A DNA stretch of 64,000 bases, from positions 5,270,001 to 5,334,000 of the forward strand of contig CM022675.1 of the NCBI GenBank assembly GCA_012295275.1. Direction: 5' to 3'. Under the pieces are notes generated by a model, which searched no databases, was not told where the DNA came from, and saw only the letters and a list, made by a program, of their open reading frames with translations. Every line of letters begins with the position of its first letter. Position 1 is the first letter of the stretch. This DNA is from Chrysomallon squamiferum (lineage: Eukaryota > Animalia > Mollusca). Shown here piece after piece: positions 51,143-64,000 of this stretch. Position numbers and translations under genes: made by a program.

Positions 51143-53619
51143 TATTTGTTAAAATACCATTGATACAGTCAAGATATATGTTAAAAAGACAGTGATACAG
51201 TGTAGATGCATGTTAAAATGACGCTGATACAGTCTAGGTATAATTAGTACATTTCTTGTTTTGTACTTTGTAACAGTATTTATCCTAAAGATGGGAAACT
51301 AACCAATTACATATGAATTACTTAAACAGACATAATCTCATTTCCACACTTGTTTACAGATCAAACCAGAGTTGCCTACCCTGACACCTGATTAATTTAA
51401 TATTAAGTTGTCTAGCTCGCATCCTATTGAAGGGAAGGCATGTGTAAAAAGACAGGTTTGCATTAAGATCAGCCACAAACATTGCCATGATGATGAAGAA
51501 ACGCTGTTTTCTTTTCACCTAAACATGGGTTGTAAAAGTCTGGGGTCAGTGCTATCCTATTTTGGAAAAAAATAATAAAAGAATCTTTCCTCTTTATAAG
51601 AACAAGGAAAGAAGAAGAAGATGAAGATTAGCACGTATTTTTAGGGCAGGAATTGTCAGTCTCAATTCATACTTTCCAAACACTGTGGTATGTGTTGTCC
51701 TGTAGGAAAGTAAAAATAAAAGATATCTTACAATTTTTTGTAAAAGTATTCTTGCAATGACAATAACAGATTTCTTCTTCATTTCATCAATATAATCATT
51801 ACTGCTGAAATATTTTCAGGTTTTGTTAAAGAAAATTAGAGAAGTTGAATATTTCTGAAATAGTATTTGTGTATGAAAAGGCATGGTATGTGTTTACCTG
51901 TTTAAGCAGACTCTCTGTAGGTGTGACACTAAGAATGATGACAGCTGGTTTCTCCTTTAAAATCATCATTACATAGATGCATATATACATATACACATAC
52001 ATGCACACATGTACATACACACAAACACATACATACAAGACATACAATAAATGCAAAAATGATTTAATCTACAATATCAAAATGTATTTTCTTTTTTTAT
52101 TTCCTACTTATTCTTTCTTTGTTAACAAATTATGGAAAATGCATCAAAGACAGAACTGATAAAAATCTGCTCAGTCATTTTGTGGTTTTGCTTCATTTAC
52201 CAGTTTGAAAATGTCGTTTTCCAGAGAACAGTCTGTTAAAAACATTGGTGTGAAAATGGTTAAGTGATTTTCAGTTAGGATAATTTGTGAAAAATAATTA
52301 ACAATTGTAAATTACTCAGTCTGTGTAAATATTTAAAATGTTAACAGAACAGATTTTTAAACTGGCATAAATACTTCAGCAAATTGTTAAATGAAAATAT
52401 TTAACTGGAAATAGTTTTGTGTGCATGTGTGTGTGTGTGTTATGTATGTGTATGTGTGTATCAGTGTTGGTGTGTTTGTGTCTGTGTATATATGAGTGCT
52501 TGTATATGCATGTTTGTAAGTGTTTTTCTGTGTAGTACGTGTGTATGCATGTGTGTTCGTGTGTTTGTTTATGTATATGTGCATGTAAATATGTTTATAT
52601 GTATATGTGTGTCTGTCTATATTTGTATAGGTATGTTTTTGTTAATGTGTGTCTGTGTGTGTGTGTGTGTATGTGTGTATGTATGTTTCTTTATATATAC
52701 ATGTTGCATGTAGATCTGTGCATAAATCTTACTAAACAGTAAAAATATTTCAGACATGTTTTTTCAACACAAACAAATATCTTTGCCTTAAGTTGGCTTC
52801 ACTTTGATCAGACAACCTTCATCTGTTGATTGAGTTACAGAATCCCAGCAAGAAATGATTTAATCTAAAATATCAGAACATGATTTAACATCAATCTTTC
52901 CTCATTTTTTTCTTGTCCAAAAATATCTAACTCAGTATCTTCTGACAGAAATATCAATAAATCTGTCAGTCAAGCAAACGAAAAAATGAAAAATTAAATG
53001 TTTTCATAAAGATTTCTACTTTTATTTTTTATGAGCTAAATCTTTCCTAGAGGGAGGTAACTAAACTAGTTTATCTCCCCATCCTGTAGAGCTCTTTTAT
53101 CATGGAAGTTGTAAATGTATTATTTACAAAGTGAGATAACTAAATTAGGTTATCTTCTCCTCCTGTCAGAGCTCTTTTTTGATATAAGTCGTGAAGTGTA
53201 TTACTTACTTGATAAAACACAGTGTTACAAATAATAGAATAGAAGAGATTTTTATTTGACGTTAACAGAGTTATCTTTCCTATTTATAGATGTTCTTGTC
53301 ACCTATTTCTTTTTTAATGTCATGATTTACTGTTTGTTTATTATGGATATTTTATTTATTTGTTTAGTTTTACTTTTTAACTATTTTTATTATTATTATT
53401 ATTATTTTTTTTTTCTTCTAAATTTGAAATGTTTTGTCACATTTTTTTTTTCTTTTTATTACTCTTATTTGTTGGTGTGGTGATGTCTTCTTATTATCAT
53501 TACTATTTACTTATTTTTTCTTTCTTTTATCTTTTAAATTTTTTGCACTTTATTATTCTATAATATATCAGATTATGAATATATCTGAATATATGTGTAG
53601 GTCTGTGTGTGTATGTGGT

Positions 53620-53626
53620 TTTTCGA

Positions 53627-53657
<31 letters not shown>

Positions 53658-53689
53658 GGTCTATGTATTGTGTTTGTGTATGTGTTAAT

Positions 53690-53726
<37 letters not shown>

Positions 53727-54040
53727 GGTGTATGTATTGTGTTTGTGTATGTGTTAATGAGTGTGTGTTTGTGTGTGTGCATGTGTGTGTTTGTGTACGG
53801 GTGTATGTATTGTGTTTGTGTATGTGTTAATGAGTGTGTGTGTGTGTGTGCATGTGTGTGTGTGTGTACAGGTGTATGTATTGTGTTTGTGTATGTGTTA
53901 ATGAGTGTGTGTGTTTGTGTGTGTGTGTGTGTGTGTGTTTGTGTACAGGTGTATGTATTGTGTTTGTGTATGTGTTAATGTTTGTGTGTGTTTGTGTGTG
54001 TGTGTGTACAGGTGTATGTATTGTGTTTGTGTATGTGTTA

Positions 54041-54088
<48 letters not shown>

Positions 54089-54125
54089 AGGTGTATGTAT
54101 TATGTTTGTGTATGTGTTAATGAGT

Positions 54126-54159
<34 letters not shown>

Positions 54160-54321
54160 ACAGGTGTATGTATTGTGTTTGTGTATGTGTTAATGAGTGT
54201 GTGTTTGTGTGTGTGCATGTGTGTGTGTTGTGTGTACAGGTGTATGTATTGTGTTTGTGTATGTGTTAATGTGTGTGTGTGTGTGTGTGTATGTGTGTGT
54301 GTTTGTGTGTATGTGTTATAT

Positions 54322-54370
<49 letters not shown>

Positions 54371-54729
54371 AGGGTGTATGTATTGTGTTTGTGTATGTGT
54401 TAATGAGTGTGTGTTTGTGTGTGTGTGTGTGGGTGTATGTATTATGTTTGTGTATGTGTTAATGTGTGTGTGTGTGTGTGTGTGTGTGTATTATGTGTGT
54501 GTATGTGTGTGTGTGTGTGTGTTTGTGTATGTGTGTATGTATGTGTGTTTGTGTGTGTGTTAATGAGTGTGTGTGTGTGTGGTGTATGTATTATGTTTGT
54601 GTATGTGTTAATGCAGTGTGTGTTTGTGTGTGTTTGTGTGTGTGTGTATATGTGTGTTGTGTGTGTATGTGTTAATGTGTGTGTGTGTGTACAGGTGTAT
54701 GTATTGTGTTTGTGTATGTGTTAATGAGT

Positions 54730-54763
<34 letters not shown>

Positions 54764-54834
54764 ACAGGTGTATGTGTGTATGTGTGTGTGTGTGTGTGTG
54801 TACAGGTGTATGTATTGTGTTTGTGTATGTGTTA

Positions 54835-54884
<50 letters not shown>

Positions 54885-55022
54885 ATTGTGTTTGTGTATG
54901 TGTTAATGAGTGTGTGTGTTTGTGTGTGTGTGTGTACAGGTGTATGTATTATTGTGTTTGTGTATGTGTTAATGTGTGTGTGTGTGTACAGGTGTATGTA
55001 TTGTGTTTGTGTGTGTGTGTTA

Positions 55023-55066
<44 letters not shown>

Positions 55067-55226
55067 AGGTGTATGTATTGTGTTTGTGTATGTGTTAATA
55101 ATGTGTGTGTGTATGTGTGTAATGTGTGTGTGTGTACAGGTGTATGTATTGTGTTTGTGTATGTGTTAATGTGTGTGTGTGTGTGTGTATGTGTGTTTGT
55201 GTATTGTGTTTGTGTGTGTATGTGTA

Positions 55227-55258
<32 letters not shown>

Positions 55259-55669
55259 AGGTGTATGTATTGTGTTTGTGTATGTGTTAATGAGTGTGTG
55301 TTTGTATGTGTGTGTGTGTGTGTGTGTGTGTACAGGTGTGTATGTATTGTGTTTGTGTATGTGTTAAATGTGTGTGTGTGTGTGTGTGTGCATGTGTGTG
55401 TGTGTGTGTACAGGTGTATGTATTGTGTTTTGTGTGTGTGTTAATGTGTGTGTGTTTGTGTGTGTGTGTGTACAGGTGTATGTATTATGTTTGTGTATGT
55501 GTTAATGAGTGTGTGTTTGTGTGTGTGTGTGTGTGTGTATGTGTTTGTGTGTGTAATGTGTGTGTTTGTGTGTGTGTACAGGTGTATGTGTTGTGTGTGT
55601 GTGTGTGTTTGTGTGTGTGTGTACATGTGTATGTGTGTGTTTGTGTATGTTTGTGTATGTGTGTGTTTG

Positions 55670-55732
<63 letters not shown>

Positions 55733-55835
55733 ACAGGTGTATGTATTATGTTTGTGTATGTGTTAATGAGTGTGTGTTTGTGTGTGTGTGTGTGTGTGTG
55801 TACAGGTGTATGTATTGTGTTTGTGTATGTGTTAA

Positions 55836-55866
<31 letters not shown>

Positions 55867-55902
55867 GTACAGGTGTATGTATTGTGTTTGTGTATGTGTT
55901 AA

Positions 55903-55940
<38 letters not shown>

Positions 55941-56270
55941 GGTGTATGTATTATGTTTGTGTATGTGTTAATGAGTGTGCGTTTGTGTGTGTGCGTGTGT
56001 GTGTACGGGTGTATGTATTGTGTTTGTGTATGTGTGTATGAATGTGTGTTTGTGTATGAGTGTGTATTTGTGTGTGTGTACGGGTGTATGTATTGTGTTT
56101 GTGTATGTGTTATAGTGTGTGTTTGTGTGTGTGTGTGTGTGTGTATGTGTGTGTATGTGTCTATAAGTGTGCATTTGTGTATGTGTGTGAGAGTGTGTTC
56201 TTGTGTATGGGTATATGTATTGTGTTTCTGTATGTGTGTATGAGTGTGTGTGTGTGTGTGTGTGTGTTTG
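53620..56270. repeat. TG-rich compound minisatellite [(gt)n-acaggtgtatgtattgtgtttgtgtatgtgttaatga]
   Basis: Constant core of about 37 nt separated by variable (GT)n. Confidence 0.95.
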
Positions 56271-56760
56271 ATAAATTAGGTTTATGTACATATGTCAAAG
56301 TGAAACAGCTGTTGAAAATGAGATAAAAAAACAACATAAATTATAGTATTTAGACCACCAAGAATGGGTTTTCACAGTGAAACAAAGAAATATAAAGTAA
56401 AACGTGTAAATGAGATTAACTCGTAAATCTGTCTGACACATGTAAAATATGGCATAATAACACTAACAGCTTTTGTCTCTTTGTGAGGTACAAGTTTTTA
56501 TTGATCATCACTCAAAATACAATATCAGGAACACAAAAGCATGTAATATAATATACCCCCCACACACACATATATATTTATATGTAGGAAGGCAACATAT
56601 GGAAAAAATGCATGTATCAAATTTACAATTTAATCTCATTTATTATACATTTTACATATTGAAAATGCATATACCAAACATCTGTGTGATATAGTTGCAT
56701 ACCCATATAATTCACATATATATATATATATATATATATATAGTATGTTCGATACATTTT
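56070..56760 (-). repeat. Inverted duplicate of 3483-4100
   Basis: Reverse-complement match; both encode the pseudo-peptide VFDKLGLCTYVKVKQLLKMR. Confidence 0.92.
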
Positions 56761-56783
56761 TTCCAAAATGTTCCACCCACGCG

Positions 56784-56814
<31 letters not shown>

Positions 56815-57252
56815 ATGCTTGCACCTGTAATCAACTGACATTATAAATAACATTGTATCTAGGTGGATTGACAGTGTAAACACTGAACATACACTGATTT
56901 AAAACAAACTTGACAAATTATCTCTTTATAAAGTGTCTGTCATTTAAGTAAGGAATTCAGCAGACTGTGAAATGTGGAAGACAGAAACAGACAGTTGTTC
57001 ATTCCCTAGTTTTCTTTTACCTTTTACTTTTTGTCGGTGTATCTTCATACTTTGTTCCCCTTTCTTTATCTTTGTGTCTGTCTGTCTTTCACTCACTCTA
57101 TCTCTCTATCTTTATATGAATCTCTCTTTTTACTTTTCTTTTTCTTTCGGTGTCATCTATATTTCTGTCTGTCTGACTAACCATCCAACCATTTGTCCAT
57201 CTGTCTATCTGTGAATTACTGACTCATCTACCTATTGCTTTATTTATCTACT

Positions 57253-57343
<91 letters not shown>

Positions 57344-58213
57344 CACTCTTACTTTCTCTCTCTCACTGTCTGTCTCTCTCTCTATCAGATTAATAACACA
57401 TACACTGACTATTTTCCACTCTGCACTAGATAATCACAGTTAGTTACACTTTTGTTAATTATCATCAAATGTCTGTGATCAGAGACTGTAAACACTTAAA
57501 TTTTAAAATGAAAATTCCTTTATTACCAGTTACAGTGTTATTAATTAATAATACATGGGTGTAGTATTTCACTGTATTGTACTGTGTGGGTTGTTACACT
57601 TCAAGCACCATGAGACACAACTGTTTTGTTAAATAATAACAGAAAAATCACTGGACCGAAAAGATTTTCAAGTAATTTATTTTTTTTTTTTTTTTTTTTT
57701 TTTATTTAGTAATTTTTTTTTTTCTTTTGTTGTTATTATTATTATTTTTTTAATCATCACTGTATTAGGTAAAGATTGGAAGTTGTCTGGCTGGTTTAGA
57801 AATATGTGTTTATTATCTAATTCAGATATTGTAGATTGGGAATATCGTTTTAGGAATATGTGGATGTGGTTTTTTTTTTTTTTTTTGGCAGGGTAGTTTT
57901 CTTTTTAGTTGCTTTTAACAGTAACATATTTTTTCCTGTTCCAACAGGATATTTACAAACATATTTACATGACTGTTACCGTATAAAGGAAGGAATCGTT
58001 TACATGCAAATTTCCTGTAAAACAAAAACATTCATCTTTAGCAATTCATATGGATGTGTTTGGAATGGGAAATAGACAAATGAGAACATGAAGTGTGAAT
58101 GATCCTTCATGAGACAGTCTGCTTTTCTAACCAGTCTCATTATACATTAGAACATACAAACACACACTGATGTCGGTTTTGTGTCTAAAGGAATTTTTGC
58201 TGCAGAATATTGG

Positions 58214-58274
<61 letters not shown>

Positions 58275-58352
58275 AGAGACTGATAGAAAGAGAGAAAGAC
58301 AGGTCCAGAAATACTGAGTTGTAGAGAGAAACAGAAAGAGAGATATTGGTTT

Positions 58353-58388
<36 letters not shown>

Positions 58389-58398
58389 ATAAACATAC

Positions 58399-58450
<52 letters not shown>

Positions 58451-59076
58451 ATTTACGACGATGATGATGAAGTTAGTTATGAATACACATACAATTCATT
58501 CATGATGCAATACTTTAAAGCAGTTATTCATTGGACAAGATGGTTTCTTTGTCCTTACCATATAAATACATCGTGAGATGTGTTTTATTCTAAACACGTC
58601 AAACTGTGTGAGGACAAAGCTTCTTTTCTGAGTGTCACAAAAAACAAGGTAGGTTCACGCTATATTACTTCAGTTAATATATTTGTAATCATTTTTGTAC
58701 GTTTGCTTGCAGCTGATTTTGACAACAGAAGCCAATTCCCTGGCTTGAAGGCAACTTTCTGGTGGTGTTGCCACTGCGGTAGATCTCTTCATGGAAGGCG
58801 TGTCTACTTGCCGAATATATTCGATGGAAGACCCGAATGTCTTCTTTTCTATGGAGGTAAGTATCTCCTGCACAACTCTGGTAATTCACACTGATTTTAA
58901 GATACTTAAAACCTAACTTACCACGACCGGTGCTACCGCATATTTTGTCCGAGTTGTCTTTATTCGACAAAACCCATTCCACTAATTGCCTTTCGTTCTT
59001 TGCTTCACTGGTCGTGATCAGAGTCTCTATAATATCTGTGAACTTACACAAGTTTTCGTTTAGTTTTAACTTCTTT
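58451..59076 (-). mobile_element. Endogenous virus-like element, copy 3 (3' 0.63 kb, inverted)
   Basis: Reverse complement of about 2187-2815. The host flank 58315-58450 also matches 2816-2940. Confidence 0.85.
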
Positions 59077-59089
59077 CTCACTTCCCCTA

Positions 59090-59173
<84 letters not shown>

Positions 59174-59186
59174 ACTTCCCTATCGT

Positions 59187-59221
<35 letters not shown>

Positions 59222-60066
59222 TTCCCTATCGTTCTCTCTCTGTCTCTCTCTCACTTCCCCTATCGTTCTCTCTCTCTTTCTCTCTCTCTCTCTTTCCCTA
59301 AGAGGTAGGTTTAAAATAAGAAAAAAAAAAAAAAAAAAAAGAAAAGAAAATAAGGTGAAGTACTACTAGCTCAGTTGTTGATGTATTTACCTCTAAACCT
59401 TCAGTTAGAAGAATATTATAATTATATGCTATCTACGTTTTAGATAGATTATACACTTACTATATTTTAATATGTAAAAATCGAATGATTCCTTTGGCGT
59501 GTCTTTGAAAACAACGGGTTAGTAATTCTGGAGAAAACTGGAGGTAGGTAATGTATTTTGGGAGGATTTTTTTTTGTTTCTTTCTTTCATATTTTTTTAT
59601 GTTTTCTTTTCCTTTTTGCTTTTTGTTGTTTTGTTTCGTTGATTTCCCAGTTTCTTTTCTAGCTTTTTTTTATTTTATTTTGCTGGATTCATTATCTGTA
59701 CTGTTCTTATCATTATCATTATTCTTATTTTCCTCTGTTATTATTGTTTATATCTTTATCATTGTTATCATCGTTATCATTATCTTCACTGTTATTTCTG
59801 TCATTATTTTTAATATTGCTGTTTATTTCTTTCTATTTTTTAATGACGTGCATTGTAACTTTTGCTGTTACATCATATATTTCCTTCTACAGGTATCGAG
59901 TTCGCTCCATTCCTGGTTTAAACTGGATTTTGTTATTCTGTTATTAGAATCAGCTGTTAATTAAGGTAAATATAGAAGTATATTTATCTGTGTTTAGTTT
60001 CGTATTATGCATGTTCATTGCATGTTGATTTAATTTTGCTGTTATTTTATTGTTAGAAATATATGG

Positions 60067-60111
<45 letters not shown>

Positions 60112-60377
60112 TCTCTTTCACCGTCTTTCTGTCTCTACTTGTCTCTCTCTCACTCACTCTCTCTCTCTGTTGCCCTCTTTCTGTCCCTCTCTTTTTTCTT
60201 TCTCTCTCCTCTCTTTCTCCATTTGACTTTGTCTTTCTCTCTCTCCCTCTATTTCCCTCTATCTTTCTTTCTTTCCTTTTTAGTCAACATCTTTATAGAA
60301 GTCAATAAGTGTAACTTGGTATCTGTCTCCCCGCCAGAGTGTCCTTCTTTCTCTCTCTCGGTTCATCCATCCACCCA

Positions 60378-60442
<65 letters not shown>

Positions 60443-61297
60443 GCTTCCATCCATCCGTTTATCCATGTACCCAACGAAACTATTCTTCTTTCTCTAAATA
60501 TTTCTTTCTTTCTTTCTGTCCGTCTGTCTGGTTACCTGTTATTTCTATACTTTTGTATCTTTACACTCATGTTTTATTATTTATTTATTTATTTATTTTT
60601 TATTACTTTTTAAGATAAACAATTAACGAATAAAAGAAAGAAGAAGTAAAAACAGAAAAAGAAATAATCTGGAAGCAAATCGACAGAGAGAGAGTATAAA
60701 TCAAAAGTAAAAAAATGGAGATTGCAGGATTCGAACTTCAACAATGGATTCCTCTGACACTATTTATCCTATTCATGGTTGTAATTATACTGAAAGTATT
60801 TTGTCCAAATCTGAGACGAACGTAAGAGGAAAAAGATGGAGAAGAACAAAAACAAATGTAGCGAAAAAGAGCTGACATTACTATTATGACCATATTATCT
60901 AATTTCTTTGCTTCAAAACATCTTTGCTGTCACAGTATAAATTCAGTGCCTTGACTTTCGATAGGTTTTCTATCAATCCGTACACCTGTTTCAAAGATAA
61001 AAAAAAAAAAAAATTAAAACTATAAAATAAAATAAAATAAAATAATGTTAAAATTCTTTGATCATCTTTTTATGTCTTTGTAATATCGATGGTCTTTCTC
61101 TGTCTGTTTGTCTGTCAATCTATCTATTTAGACAGATCGATAGATAGACAGATATATATACATACATACATACATACATATACAGATACATACATAGATA
61201 GATAGATAGATAATAGATACATTACATACATACATTCATATATAGATAGATAGATAGATAGATACATAGATAGATACATAGATGATAGATAGAGAGC

Positions 61298-61374
<77 letters not shown>

Positions 61375-61439
61375 GATATAATATACATGAGTGTGTCTAT
61401 TTTTCTGTCTGTTTATCAATCAGTTCATCTATCTAGATC

Positions 61440-62060
61440 TATAGATTAGAGAGACAGACAGACAGATAGAGAGACAGACAGAGGATAGAGAGACAGACAG
61501 AGGATAGAGAGACAGACAGAGGATAGAGAGACAGACAGACAGATAGAGAAACAGACAGAGGGATAGAGAGACAGACAGAGGATAGAGAGACAGAGAGACG
61601 GATAGAGAGACAGACAGACAGATAGAGAAACAGACAGAGGATAGAGAGACAGACAGAGGATAGAGAGACAGACAGACGGATAGAGAGACAGACAGACGGA
61701 TAGAGAGATAGAGAGAGACAGACAGAGGATAGAGAGACAGACAGATAGAGAGACAGAAACAGACAGAGGATAGAGAGACAGACAGACAGATAGATAGAGA
61801 GAGACAGACAGATAGATAGAGAGACAGACAGAGGATAGAGAGACAGACAGACAGATAGAGAAACAGACAGACAGATAGAGAGACAGACAGAGGATAGAGA
61901 GACAGACAGACGGATAGAGAGACAGACAGACAGATAGATAGAGAGACAGACAGAGGATAGAGAGACAGACAGACAGATAGAGAAACAGACAGACAGATAG
62001 AGAGACAGACAGAGGATAGAGAGACAGACAGACGGATAGAGAGACAGACAGACAGATACA
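61440..62060. repeat. GA-rich compound repeat (gagagacagacagaggata)
   Basis: Tandem 15-23-bp variants. Confidence 0.9.
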
Positions 62061-62869
62061 TGTAGACAGTGACACAGACATAGTGACAGATATAGATACA
62101 CTTTGTTCCTTTGTTTGCGTTTTCGTTTTTATAGCGCAGCACCTTAACTAAACTAGTTATTAATAAAAACAAGACGAACAAATTAAAAATACAAATTTAA
62201 TCTTCGTAATAAATATTTTTTTTACAAATTCGTCTCTCTGGAATTTTTTTTTTATGTACACATACCAACATACATACACACATACGTACACACATACATA
62301 TACATACACACATACGTATATAAACCACGCCCTGTTCACGGACCAATTGATCAGGAAAAAACCAATCGGTAGCGATAATCATTAAATCAGTTCCTGGTTT
62401 CATTGTGACGTCATTGCGATCCGAGAGAATATTTTCGTAATATTCCGTTCATGATTAGAAAGCACTTTCATTTTATTTTATTTTATTTTATTTTTATTTT
62501 TTGTTTGTTCATACCTGCTTAAAACAGTAAATCAAGAACCACTTTATATTTATATGACATATTCACTTAAAAAAAAAAACCCACACACTTTAACTAACCT
62601 CTAACAAATTCGTCGTTTTGCTTAGAGTAACAGTAAAAGCGATCTCGCTGTTTTTCACATTCAGCTTCAAACGGGGAATTCCCTTTCCTAGAATACCGAC
62701 AGAATCTTTTCGAATTTTATTGTTATTCATGTTTAAAACAACTTTATATTTCACATGTGCTTGATAGTATATAATATTTTATATATTTGGCTGAAAACCA
62801 GATACTTTATTGTGTTTTATATATCCGATTTGAACGAGAGCACTTACAGTTTACAAAATCTGTGTGTGC

Positions 62870-62926
<57 letters not shown>

Positions 62927-63962
62927 GTGTTGTTTGTTTGTTTTTTTAAATCTTTTTAATTAAGAATATCCACAGTTATTCCAGTTTGGTTAGTAGAGAA
63001 AAGAAGAAAAAAATACATAAAGAACGAAAGAAAGATGATGAAAAATTATGGAAGAAAGATAGACGGAGAAAAGAAAAGAAAGAAAGAATGAGAGAAAGAA
63101 AAGTAAATAAAGAAATAATTTAAATGAATAAGAATGGAAAAAAAAAGGTTAAAAGAATAAGAAAGAAATAGAGAAAGAAAGAAAGAATGATAAAATGAAA
63201 AAAGAGAAAAGAAGAATTTAACCAACGAATGAATGAAAGCAAAATAAAGAAACGAAAGAAAGCATGAAACAAACAAAACATGAAAAGAAACAGGACAAAG
63301 AATAAAACAGAAAGACAGAAAAGTAATAAATGAATGACTGAAAAATAAAGAAAATAAACAAATAAAAATATTATAGAAATCAATGAAAAAAAAAAAAGAA
63401 AAAGCAGAACGGACCAAAACAAATAACAAAAGGAGGAGAGATAAAGAAATAACATGTATATATATATATAAAATTGTATACTTATTGCAAAGCATTAATT
63501 ATTATAGCGAGATATTATTAGGTAATATATTTGTGTATCACTTGGGAATTGTATCTAATTTTCTGTTACGGGATAATCACAAAAGTATATTATTCACAGG
63601 CATCCAGATAAGTTACACACACACACGCACACACACACACAGACACACACACACGCACACTCGCAAGAACACACACACATACATACACACACTCACAAAC
63701 TGAAACATTCACATACGCACATACATATAAGGTATATTTAACCTATATACGTTTATATTCATGGATGAAATTTTCTGTATGGTACTATACAACCACAGCT
63801 TTTGTTGATATTACTGAATTCGAGTGAAACCAAGAAGCGATATGTAAATGAATATTGTTTGACCCATAGACATATTATATACACACACAAACATACGTAA
63901 GCAGGCACATACTTAAGCATACATTCAAATGGGCTGGACTATACGCGCAGGCACACACACAC

Positions 63963-64000
<38 letters not shown>

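Noticed and set aside
57948-59965. Exon-like segments after acceptor-like sites at about 57948 and 59893 (the latter with a donor at about 59966)
   Set aside because: The frames are short or interrupted with no recognisable protein. They could be non-coding exons but are unsupported without RNA data.

Overview
AT-rich, microsatellite-dense animal genomic DNA (invertebrate-like, with spliceosomal GT-AG introns) and one 200-N assembly gap. There are two main contents. (1) A fibrinogen-related-domain (FReD; ficolin/tachylectin-5-like) lectin cluster at about 8.2-38 kb. It holds one complete 5-exon minus-strand gene (239 aa), one probably complete 6-exon plus-strand gene facing it tail-to-tail, an intact orphan terminal exon and many decayed exon copies inside segmental duplications. 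(2) Three copies (1-2815 +, about 44625-48130 +, 58451-59076 -) of a compact, intronless, decayed virus-like element of about 4.1 kb when reconstructed. By eye it encodes a small parvovirus-type capsid, an unrecognised protein of about 350 aa, a short ORF and a truncated SF3-helicase-like ORF, in an unusual capsid-first order behind a hairpin and TATA box. Also present are an internally deleted Tigger/pogo transposon, a TA-flanked MITE family and several large minisatellites. Protein-family calls come from motif recognition without database searches. Most ORFs in the supplied track are microsatellite artefacts.
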